Assembly: GCA_012026655.1 (NCBI GenBank)
Contig: JAAILG010001510.1
Location: forward strand, 1-64,000
Length of the DNA: 64,000 nucleotides
From: Hydrolagus affinis
Taxonomy: Eukaryota
Direction: 5' to 3'
Shown here: in pieces, positions 50,451 to 61,336 of the stretch
Position numbering within the stretch: the first letter of the stretch is position 1
Layout: each line of letters opens with the position of its first letter
Translations under genes and position numbers: made by a program
Notes under the pieces: model-generated
Told to the model about the DNA's origin: nothing
The model's database searches: none
What the model saw: only the letters and a program-made list of their open reading frames with translations

Positions 50451-50803
50451 TTCTTTATCCAGAGGGTATTTAATGACTGAAATAGGTTACCAGGAAGGGT
50501 AGTTGAGACCAGTGCGTAATAATCTGTCAATATTGCCAGGGCACTTTTTTTGAAAAATGATTTTAAAGTACAATATTGATTAGATCGCAAATAACGATCC
50601 TTAATTTTATGCATTACTTTAGCTCCATATTAATGCATTGAAGCTATAGATTGGATTCTGGCAAATATTTTAAATTACAGTTAAAATCTGATGCTGAACT
50701 CATGTAAAGAACAACTTGATGTAGTGATGGGAGGATGGTAGGGTGGAAGGTTGAGACCAAATGAGCCCAAAGGGCTTCTTCACTTGATGCTTTCTTATGG
50801 TCT
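50451..50803 (+). mobile_element. CR1 3' end interrupted by the duplicated segment
   Basis: ttctttatccagagggt...aataggttaccaggaagggtagttgagacc // ctgaactcatgtaaagaacaacttgatgtagtgatggg...tttcttatggtctt. Confidence 0.7.
50511..50692 (+). repeat. Local duplication, copy 2 (~182 bp)
   Basis: Direct repeat of 49704-49888. Confidence 0.95.
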
Positions 50804-52711
50804 TGCAGATGACTTTATGCATTAGGCTGTTATACATCAGTACGTGAAGTCAAAATATGATAGAGATACTGGCAAAAATATATATTTGGTGGCTTGCAGA
50901 TGATTACTGTAGTACACCTGAATATGTAAAGCACATTAAGGGTGTGATGCTTCATACGCTGGTAAATTTAGTGTACTTGAATGATGTATATTTACAATAA
51001 ATCACATTAACCTTTGCAGATTTATGCTAAAGATGCATTCCAATCTGAACATCAACCCCCTAATAATTAAGTACTTCACAGCGTCCTGGGTTCTTCTGTC
51101 CATTTTGAAAGTAGTTCCACTTTGCAAACAATTTGCCGCTTGATTGGCTGGAAAACGACTCCAAAGGCGAGTTTTCAAGCCACCTGAAATGCTTGTAAAT
51201 TAACATTAAAGATACAATCAGACCAATCTCCGATGTGCTTCTTTTAGCACCAAATAAAGGAATGCTAACATTGCGTGAGATAATTAATCTGCAGTGCCCT
51301 AAAGGTTAATGAATTCTTTTATTATTACGTGACTGTAGGGTCTTATTGTGGAAATAATAATACACAGTTCAGGGGAAAAGTTGCACTGAAAAAGCTTGAT
51401 TACAAGGGAAGCAGCTTGCATTAATAGAAAGTTACTGCTGGGGGAAAAAAAATCCTTTGTAGATCAAAGTTATTCTTAGGCAGAACTTGCCTGCATTTTT
51501 AATCTACTCCGATGATGTCATTTGTAATGAGATTTGAGGTGTTCCTGGAAGTTGTCTTATATTAGTCACATGTTTATCTAACTCACATCCTCTGATATGT
51601 TTGCATAATGTACATATACAAACAGGCCTTTAGGGTGGCACAAGATGGTGACGTGATGTGAATTTGCTCCACACACGATGAGTTTTAGACAGTCGAGGCA
51701 TTAGAGAAGGTGGCGAACAGAGAGCAGACCCTTTTCCACAGGGAAGCAGAGAAAAATTGGCAGCTCATCACTTGGGTCCGTGTCATTTCAGCAACCTCCT
51801 AACAGATGTCTCTAGACTGGTGTTGGCAGACACCCGGGAGCTTGACTGCCCATCCTCAACCACTGGGGACCTAAACAAAAGGGACAAAAAAGGAAAAACT
51901 GGGGGGGAGGGTGGGGGGAATAAAAGAACATTTGCATGACTCTGAGGAATACTAAAAAGAAATCTCTGGTTTTGACTTTTGTCAAAGATGTATTTATAAG
52001 GGATTGACAAGTGTATGTTATAGAGGGAGCCCAGACTAAGTAATGCTGTTATAATTGGTATTGAGATGCTGTTGCATAGCTCTGGCGCACTGTAATTACA
52101 TCAACTTTAAATTTTATTGCTATATCCCTGACTGACGCAACCTATGGCATTAAAGTATGTGGATCTGACCAGCTCAGATTGAATGCTTGAATGATCGATC
52201 TTTCATCCTTTAGTGTACCATGATAGTCTTACTTGAAGAGATTACATAATCCTATTTACTGTACAAACTTTTGTATTAAAACCCTTTCCGTGCATTACCC
52301 TTTAGCAATGGACCAGGCTGCATGTGGACCTTTAAGGGAACGATTTTAATACAGTTTCCTTCAAGAATAACCAGGGCGCGTGATGAATTCTATGTACCAT
52401 TGCCAGTATTTTTATGTACTTTGTTTAGAAATGTTACTTGGTTGTTATTGGCAGGAGATGATAAATTCAGTAACTAAATTCTTCAGAGAAACATTTTGAC
52501 TTTATTCATTATTCTCTTTACACGCCACAGTTAACACCACCAATTTACTGCGTAAAGTCCTGAGGGATGGAATTTCTGCACTGGACTTCGTGTTGAGCAT
52601 TGCCCATATTATTTTGCTCCTTTTTCCAGATTTTGAAAGTAGCTGAGAATCTCCCAAGCGCTTAGCTCTAAAACGAGATAGTAACTTGATTCTGTTCAAA
52701 TAAATGTTATT

Positions 52712-52967
52712 GAAATGTCTCAAAACGCCTATGCAGGAATCACTGTAGAACGTCGTGGCTGTGTTTTGTAGGTGAAGGTGTCACCTAGTTTACGCAAGCA
52801 ATGGTCCCCGATTGAATAAACATTTTTTTTCTATGTGCGGCATTATTGATCAAATCACTTGAGAAACGCCCTTCTCTTTTTGAACAGGTTTTGGGTTGGT
52901 TAACTTCCACCTGAGTAGGTTCAATATCCCATCCGAAGGACGGAACCTCTGACAATGCAGAAGTTCC
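52712..52967 (-). mobile_element. Deu-domain SINE fragment
   Basis: gtctcaaaacgc...ccacctgag...atcccatccgaaggacggaacctctgacaatgcag is the reverse complement of the Deu core (ctgcactgtcggaggtgccgtctttcggatg). Confidence 0.7.
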
Positions 52968-53416
52968 AGGACTATTTCCATTTAGCTACAAGCAGAAACA
53001 CGTGGTTTGGCAGAGCTATACAAGCTTCTGTCGTGAATCTTAAATAAATTGTTCTTCCCTCCTCTTAAGGAAGTTCTGCTTTGGGAGAAAACGCCACAGA
53101 GAAAAGGGAATAAAACGTGATGGTGGAAGTGGATTAATCACCTTTAGGTGTAATATTTCCAACCAAATTTCTTCCCCTCCGGATCATAGTCTAGGGTAAA
53201 GTGGCTCCTCATTTTATTTTTTTAAAAAATATATCAGTTTTTGTGCCCTCGAGGTGTAATTATAAAAGAAGTTAATTATTTGGTGTTACTGTTTAATTAT
53301 CATTTAATGACTATTGGTAAAGATTGCGAATAAGTTTATTGCTCGGTGTTTGGGAGAAAAATAAATGGATTGGTTTGGTCGTTGCTTGCTCACTGCCTCG
53401 ATAACCTTGCCTGTCA

Positions 53417-53700
53417 AACAACAATAACAACAATTTGCATTTATATAGTACCCTTCATGTAGGATATCATTTCAGAGAGCTTTATAAGGATGGGGTCAAA
53501 TCCTGAACAGGGAAGGGTGAATGTGGCCATAGGCACATTTGAAGAGGTTCTGAGGCACCACTTAAAGAGAGGTGTGGTTGGACAGAAGAGCTGGAGGTAA
53601 GGATTTACAGAGTTTAAGGGGATAGGATCCAAAAGCTTGGTAAGCCTGAATTAGCTGAGTGGAGGGGGTGAGCAGAGAAGTAGAAACAGAACTGAAGAGG
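53417..53700 (-). mobile_element. L2-clade LINE 3' end
   Basis: (caa)n tttgcatttatatag tail followed by purine-rich sequence similar in pattern to 14052-14300 (gaagaggttctgagg...cttaaagagag). Confidence 0.65.
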
Positions 53701-54329
53701 ACATAGTTTGATTGTGACTAAAAATTTTGCAAGATTGGTCTGGGTGAAGAACCTTATCGCTGCCGCACACAAAGATCATAAGATAAACTTCAAAGAGAGA
53801 TGTCCCTTGTGATTTCACCTATTGATTTTTTGACTTAATACACATTATGTGGAGAATAATTTTATTTTTAATTATAAAACACATGACATATATTGGGAGT
53901 TTTTTTCTTTAGCAATTGAGAGATTGTCTAAAATCTGGCATTTTGTTGAATTCATTCCTAACTTTGAACCTGTTTTTCTGTCGTTCTTAGAATTATTCAC
54001 CGGTAATAACAACAGTCACTGATTTTATTATACAAATGTATTTACTCAAGCAGCTGGTGGATTATTTAGCTTATTGGGCAGAAGTGTTTTAGTTTTTAGG
54101 AGAAGTTACAGAAAAACAGCTTCAAAGTTAAAACTGCATTTAAGAACTTGCCAAATTCCGGATGCTGAAATGCTACATAAATAGAATAAAATCTAGACAT
54201 AACGTGGAATTTCTACCCAGTAAAGTTATTTAATCTACCAACTCAGCTGGCTGAAAAATATTTTTATATGTATATATAATTATATAATGTTCATATTATG
54301 AGTAATCTACTCAGTGCTAATTCTTTGAA

Positions 54330-54576
54330 GTCCTGTAGCTCAGTGACAGTGATCACTCACCTTGCAAGTGAGAAACTTGGGTTCGATTCTCAGTAGGGTG
54401 AAACCCTGGGCATGTTTCCTTACTCCACATGTCTAATAATAATCCCTAACTGCTCTGTGCAATTGGCTACCGGGTTCTGCCCACAAATATATAGTCAACT
54501 CACTTGACAATATATTCTGTGAAGCGCTTTGAGGTGTCTAGAGTGAAAAGTGCTCTATCAAATGCAAGGATTATTA
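54330..54576 (+). mobile_element. tRNA-derived SINE (SINE2-1_CM-like) with an internal deletion
   Basis: gtcctgtagctcagtg...ggttcgattc (A and B boxes) and tail tatcaaatgcaaggattatta. Confidence 0.9.
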
Positions 54577-55797
54577 CAATATTATGATTATTTTCCTATT
54601 TACTTCAGCAACAAAAATGTTATCATAAAAAACACCAGCTGCACTAAACGAAAGATTGTCTTGTTCCTGGAATTGTCATTGTAATTGTCTGGTCAGGAAT
54701 AATGAGTTTGTGGCTTGTAACCCAGATTGTTTTTATTATTAAAAGTTTACAATTAAAAGCAGAGTAGGCATGAAACAATAGCAATGTTGAGCAATTCAGA
54801 ATAAGTTTTTAAAGTAGAAGTTTTTTTTTCCTGGAGAAACATCAGCTTTAATATGCAACGGGCAAACGGCATTCATCTTGATGTGATTCCCTACTTCCAA
54901 CTGTTCACATCAGTTTCATGTTTGTGCAGTCGTTTGCATGTCAGAGGTGCTTGAGAAATATTCAGCCATTAAAGGCTTGTTCTTTGTTTTCAATCTGTGG
55001 CATAGTAGTCATTTTAACAAGCCATGGTTCACTTAACTAGCATGCACATCACCACAAAAGAAAATTATGTAACAGATGGAAGATACTACTTTTATTTTGT
55101 TCTTTCCGACTTATTTTTTTTTACAAATTCCTCCCCTCAAACAATTCTAATACATCTCAGTGTTTGCAGTCAAAACCTTGCAGTGAAGATGTTTACAGTA
55201 TAGATGATGTTAAGGGTATTTTATAGTTGTGACATTCAGACTATTGGCAGGAAAGAAGATATTTTGTTAAGATTAGCATAATGTTAGGAACCATGAAGTA
55301 ACTTATGTGCTTCAATAAATATGTCCAGCTCATTGCAAACTACAAAGTCAGTTAAAACAAAACAACACAAGAGCGAATTGCTATTTAGTGAAATCATTTC
55401 CTTTTCTTAATCAAAAGATGACAGCCTCAACCCTTGAACCTTGCAGCACTGTGATATGTGTTGTGTGTGTGTGCGTGTGTGTTGGAGGGGATGGGAAGCA
55501 GCTCTGAAAGAATTGAATATGTGTTCAATAGTATCTGACTCAAATGATGTGTTGAATTAGATATTTATTATAACTAGCGCAGTTGAAATTCATTTCTTTT
55601 TCAGAAAAGCAAATGCTCTTTTATTTCCCAGTGACCACATTTTATGTGACAAAGATGTTTAATGCAAGCTGCATCTTGTTTAACGCTCATCCTGCTGCAG
55701 ACTAATGTCTGCTCACAGTGCTGTGTACACCACAGACAGCTCTCCCAATACAGTTCTTTTTAAAAAAAAATTATATCAAGCCAACACTTTTGCTTCT

Positions 55798-55940
55798 TTG
55801 CTGTTTGTGGGACATTACTGTGAGCAAATAGGCTGCTATGTTCATCAGTAAATGTAACAGTCACTACATATACTTTACAGCAAATTATGTGAAGAGCTTT
55901 GAGGTGCCATCCTGACATACATCAAATACATGGCTTATTT
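55798..55940 (+). mobile_element. SINE 3' half
   Basis: gctgtttgtgggacattactgtgagcaaataggctgc...cagtcactaca...gtgaagagctttgagg. Confidence 0.75.
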
Positions 55941-56019
55941 ATTATTGCTCCGAGGACCCTTGATGTGAAAAAGGCTGCTCATGTAGCTTTTACGTTCCTT
56001 TCAGAAAAGTTGGTACACC

Positions 56020-56352
56020 TCCCCTGACCAAGAGGCTCTGTGGTTCGTTCTCGCAGTCTGTGTTAAATTAGCTCATCTCTGTTGCAGTATTAGTTGAGGG
56101 TATTGCATCTGGCCTCAGCTTCCAAGGTTATAGCGGAGGAAATCAGCTAATATTCAATTGCTTGTCTCTATACGGTGCCCCCTGCTGTAAAGGTCTTGTG
56201 TTGATACTGACTGAGAGCAGGATTGGGATTTGGGATAGGGAGAGGGGGGTTCAGCGGCAGGCTCCCTTCCACCTGCAGTCACTAGCAAGTTAAGTAGTCC
56301 GTCAGCAGTCACTATCAAGGCTCATCCATAAATATTGGCCACTTAGGCAAGG
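56020..56352 (+). mobile_element. Old tRNA-derived SINE (same family as 12898-13215)
   Basis: gaccaagaggctctgtggttcg...gtctgtgttaaattagct...ggcctcagc...aaatcagct...aggctca...tggccactt, collinear with the minus-strand copy. Confidence 0.7.
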
Positions 56353-57494
56353 TGCAAGGTGACCACAGAACCACACCATATAAAAGGCAATAAGGAGCCA
56401 AACACCATCTGGAGGAGAGAAGAGAACTGGTGGAGAAAATTAGCGAGAAAAAACAGAACGATTTTTTGTTTAGCACTGTCTCCCTTGCCAAAGCTAAAAT
56501 GTACCTAGCAGCCAACAAACAGCTTTGGAAACAAAAAAAACATTCTCCAGCTTCTGCAATTTACAGCATTGGGGCAGATAAAAATAAAACAGGATCCAGC
56601 CTATATGGAAAGCAGATTACATAACCAAATTAGGAACCCTGAGGCAACAGCTGGAATCCTGATGTTAATGTCTGTCACCATTCTACAAGTTCTGTAGTGC
56701 GAACGGAGCAGGGTGTGCGGCTAACCCACAACACTTTAAACTTCAAAGTCGTTTCTTCCGAGTACATCCTATTGCTTTTTTTTCTATTTCGCGAGCGTGT
56801 TATTTTGCCCTATTATTGTACAAAAATGTGTTTCTTCCTCAGACTTTCTCTCTCCACACCCCACCCGCTCTTTTTCTACTCTCTCCCCTGAAAATCCACT
56901 TCACCTTCCTACACCCATGTGCTTTATGTTGCCATGATGTCAGATTGCTGACATTGTGGATCGGCGCAGGACTTTTATACTTTCTTCACCCCAAAACCGC
57001 TAAAACAGATAAGATTTCTGTTTACCAAGTGCTGGCTCAGATTCCCTCTGCTAGCACTTCTCAAGTGTAGAAAGGAGGGAAGCTAGAAATCGGATAGAAG
57101 CTCAAAACAGAAGTTGATTTATGAAGCACCCAATGATGCAGGCAAGCATTCAGCTATGGGTATGAAATCGAGGAATAAAATGCTGCTAAAATAGAGGGCA
57201 GTTCATCCTCGTCTGCATGTAAAGTCCCAATTCCTCCCACAGCACTTAAGAGTTTTCAGGGCTTTTATGCACAGGGAAACAAAAATCATGTCAAATACTA
57301 TACACAGAAGTGAAAACTGATCAGAATAGTCAGTGTTGTCAATGTGGCTATCAAAACGCCGGGCAGTGTACTTCAGACTCTGGATTATGCCCTTGTTAAA
57401 GGAACCAGTGAATATATTATTCATAGCTACTTCCTTACTTCATTTCATTTAAAAATAAAATGATACTAATCAAATTATTCTTCTTTCAAAATTG

Positions 57495-57720
57495 GACAGT
57501 AGATCATTGAAAGATGGCACAGGTTTGCAAAGGACAACTTCAGGACTGAGAAGTATTTATTTATCAAGAGGGTAACAACAGTAGGAAGAGTGGTTGAAGT
57601 CAGGACTAATTTAGGAAGCAACTCAATGTTGTAATCGGAGAATGGAAGATATTCTGGAAGGATGGAATCAAATTGACCAAAGGACCATCTTCATCTGAAC
57701 CTCTCTTGTAATCTTATGTG
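57495..57720 (+). mobile_element. Decayed CR1 3' end
   Basis: ttcaggactgag...caagaggg...gtggttgaag...ttctggaaggatg...catctgaacctctcttgtaatcttatg follows CR1 3' order. Confidence 0.55.
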
Positions 57721-58289
57721 TTTTGAGCTAGACAGATTTAACGAATACATTAAGAGAGTAGCCATCTCTCTTGAGGTTGAGCTACCTGATCTATCTGGAG
57801 AAGAGTTCTTGAGAAATCATCTAGCAAGAGTGACCCGCTGGATGGTTGCTATTGTGTTTAGTCATGAATGGAACCAACTTGACAAGAAAGATAGTGAACC
57901 CCAGATGTCTGCTAAAATACAAGCTCGCAAATAGCACATCTGTTTCCACACCAAAGATAGATGTAATAATTGTTTTGCCTTTACAAAGGGCCTCAGTTCT
58001 TTTTGGATGTGCTCATAGCAAGAATGCTAAAGTCAAAAGAACAGAGGTTACTCTTAGAACATTCTTTTATGTGGTCTGAATATGTTGTGAATAGTTGCTA
58101 ATTTGTCATATATCATCCAGTCATTCCTTAAACATCTGGGTTTAGACTCTCAGGGATCTATATCTCACGAGAGCTTGCGATTGCTTTTTGAAATGAGGAT
58201 CACAACCATTTTTCTGTAACCTCAGGACAAGAGCTTGCCATAAAAGTGCATTGTTAAGTTCATGCTAGATGAAACACACATAACAACCA

Positions 58290-58670
58290 GGTTGTCCGTT
58301 CAAGCCCCACGTCAAGACTTTGAACCTTGTCTAAGCTGACACTTGATTCCAGTGCTGGGGGAGTATTGCATTATTAGAGGTACTGCCCTTCAGATGGAAT
58401 ATTAAACTGAGGTCCAGTCTGCCGATTTAGGTCATGTTAAAAAACACATGACACTATTCTGTACAATTTATCATAACAGTGATGGCAGTTTCTCCTGGTA
58501 TCCTGGCCAATTAATTGGTTGTTCACTTCATGGCTGTGTGTGGTTTCACTGCTGTGTGCAAATTTACTGTTCCATTCGCTTGCAAAACTCTACTGCAAAT
58601 CCTGTGAAGCTTTTTAAGATGGATTCGATAATATGATAGGGTCCTAGGTCAAATACAAGGATTATTATTA
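58290..58670 (+). mobile_element. Deu-domain SINE (SacSINE1/AmnSINE1-like), near full length
   Basis: gttcaagccccac...gctgacact...ggagtattgcatt...ttaaactgaggtccagtctgcc...tcctggccaat...ctgctgtgtgcaaatt...caaatacaaggattattatta. Confidence 0.8.
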
Positions 58671-59729
58671 TTTATATTGCTAACAACAAGTCCTGCAGTT
58701 TCAAAGAATTTACATTTGGAAGATATTATTAAACTATTGCTGTTCTTCCTTGCTTAAGCTTTTGTTCGCACGTTCATTCGCGCTAATTCTTTACTTCTTA
58801 TGTCGGCCATAGCTTTGGATGCCTCTCATACTGAAGACACCAATTCAGTGATTGCAGCTGTTGTCTCAGGAGTCTGAACTAAATGATGCAATCTGGCTCC
58901 TGTGTATGGCTTATTCCCCAGGCCTGTTAATCAGGAAAGAGCGGTGGGCAAGCAATCTCACAGGTCACCAACTGTAGCGACATTAATGATGTGTGTTAAT
59001 ACCTGGCATTCCATGCCTGTTAGCCCACTTTGTTAATGACTCTACACTTCACGAACTGAGGAATTCCCGCAAACCCTCCCTCACTCTCCAGAACATTTTT
59101 CAACAATAAATTCTGTTGAAGTTTATGTCAATATAAACTCCATCCACCTGACATCCTATTTGCATAACTTACCTGGAATTCCCAATATAGGGGTTCCATT
59201 TTTGTGAGCGAAAACCTTGCCCAAATTATTTTTTTGGTTTAAATCACTGTGGAAGGGTATTGCAGAAGAGTACTACATGATACGGGTTAAAAATGTTTTT
59301 AGTAGCTAGGTAAATTATATTTGCATCGAATATATATATATGCACGTATAATCATAGAGAGGCATTCTTGTGTAAATCCATTTTCCTGTTGTGCCAAGCC
59401 AGTGATTTCAATAATATTAAGCATTGGTTGATTTACAGTTCAACGTTAATATTTTTTGTTCTGATAGTTTGTAATAATTTACAAATTACTGATAAAATGG
59501 TTCTCGACCTGTGGTTACAGAAGTAGAACATTGGACTTTAACAACCTCGGCAAGGATTTTCAACAGGAGGAAGGGGATGTCTAAGTGTCCAGGAGTCTCT
59601 TCCTGCACTGTTGAAATTGTCCAAGGAACAACTGTTGTGTTATATGTAAACATTTTCACAGGCTGGATTTATACCGCTGCATGGACTAACAGTGTGGATC
59701 TATGGGGGAATGCCTAGATTAATAATCCT

Positions 59730-59965
59730 GTAATCCTTGTATATGATACAGTGTGTTTCACGTCAGGGGGACATCTCAAATTGCTCAATAGGATGCCTTG
59801 TAAAGTGCAGTGACTGTATTTTGTAGGCAAATGTGGCTGCCGATTTACATATAACAATGTACCACAATCAGCCATGAAGCGAACGAACAATGTTATCTGA
59901 GGGATTGTTGGTCGGGACACAAGGAGAAGCTCCCATTCCGTTTGGAGGTGTGCCACAGAATCTTT
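59730..59965 (-). mobile_element. Deu-domain SINE 3' half
   Basis: aatccttgtatatgatacagtg...ggacatctcaaa...gtgcagtgactgtattttgtaggcaaatgtggc...gggacacaaggagaa...gtgccacagaatcttt. Confidence 0.75.
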
Positions 59966-60484
59966 CAGGAGGAGTGGGCAACAAATTTTGGTGCATTAAA
60001 TGAAGCATGTATTGTTTCCTTGAATGGCCCCCAAATATGCAGAATATTAAGTGACCAATGAAGTACAGATTTTTATTTCACTCATGAGAAAAATCCGTGC
60101 TAGCTTCTTGCTTCTGCAGCAGTTCTGAGTTAAATGATATTTCTTATTCATGAGGGAAAACAACTATCTTCTAATCATTTGCTGTCTTCTATGCTGCTTT
60201 TGTGGTTTGCAGTATTAAACTATTACCCTGAGGGTTACAGATAACCGGAAGGCAAAGACTAAGGGCTTCACTTCATATTTGAAGTTACTATTTTGGTGAA
60301 CAATGGAAATATTTAATCTCCTGTAACTGCATTTTAGCCCACTGTGTTTCATATTCCGCTCTAAGTATATTATAATCCTTTGAATTCACATGGGTGGGAG
60401 TAGGAAGTGACATCTGAGAGCAACAACAGAATACTAGCTCTTTCTGAATTATGTCATAATGGATTGACCTTTGCCTAGGATTTC

Positions 60485-60590
60485 ACTACTGAGGTGTCAT
60501 TCTTCACCTAAGATGTTAACCCAATGTTCTCTGTACTAGCCCTGGTAGATGATAAAGATCCCATGATGCTAATCACTGACAGCAGGAGGC
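60485..60590 (+). mobile_element. Deu-domain core fragment
   Basis: gaggtgtcattctt...agatgttaacc...taaagatcccatg. Confidence 0.5.
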
Positions 60591-60809
60591 AAATGCTCAG
60601 TCTCATCTGCCTAGAGACCTCCAGTCATGCTCTGAGTCTCCAAGAGTAAATCAGACATGTATTCTGATTGCATTATCTTCATTTATCTTCGAAGGTAAAT
60701 ACTGCCCATTATTTTAAGACTCACTAAATATATGTACACATTCAGGAGGATATCTGCACCACAGGACAACATTAACTGTCTTCTTGTCGATTCTTTGATA
60801 ATGGTAAAC

Positions 60810-60920
60810 AATAATGATACTTACATTTGATTTAGCGCCTTTCACATTGGGAGGACGTCCCAAAGCGCTTCACAGGATATACTGTAAATTGTACTATCTG
60901 TTGGAATTTGGTGGGCAAAT
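60810..60920 (-). mobile_element. SINE 3' fragment (stack member 1)
   Basis: cttacatttgatttagcgcctttcacattgggaggacgtcccaaagcgcttcacagga. Confidence 0.8.
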
Positions 60921-60936
60921 AACAACAGAGTAGAAA

Positions 60937-61047
60937 AATAATAATAATCCTTGCATTTAATATTATGCTTTATCAAGTAATTGAGACATCTCAAAGCACT
61001 TCACAGAATATCCTATAAAGTGATCTCCCCTGTATATTTTGTGGACA
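60937..61047 (-). mobile_element. tRNA-SINE 3' fragment (stack member 2)
   Basis: aataataataatccttgcattt...gagacatctcaaagcacttcacagaatat...ctgtatattttgtgg. Confidence 0.85.
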
Positions 61048-61053
61048 GCTAAT

Positions 61054-61336
61054 TAATAATAATAATCTTCTAGACATCTCAAAGTGCTTCGCAGAATATA
61101 CCATAAAGTGAATTGACTGTATATTTATGGGCTAAACGCAGCATATAATTGTGCACAGCAGTGTCCCACAAACAGTTGTGGATTGAAATGACCAATTTTT
61201 TATTGTTGTTTTGAGGGATTGTTATTAGGCGTGTGAAGTAAGGAAACTTGCCCAAGGTTTCGCCCTGACTTGCCTGGATTCGAACACAGGTCTCACACTT
61301 GTAAGGCGAGTGGTCTAATCACTGAGCTACATGACT
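61054..61336 (-). mobile_element. tRNA-derived SINE with intact head (stack member 3)
   Basis: Reverse-complement head gtcatgtagctcagtgattagaccactcgccttacaagtgtgagacctgtgttcgaatcc has clear A and B boxes. The body matches 18793-19108. Confidence 0.9.
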
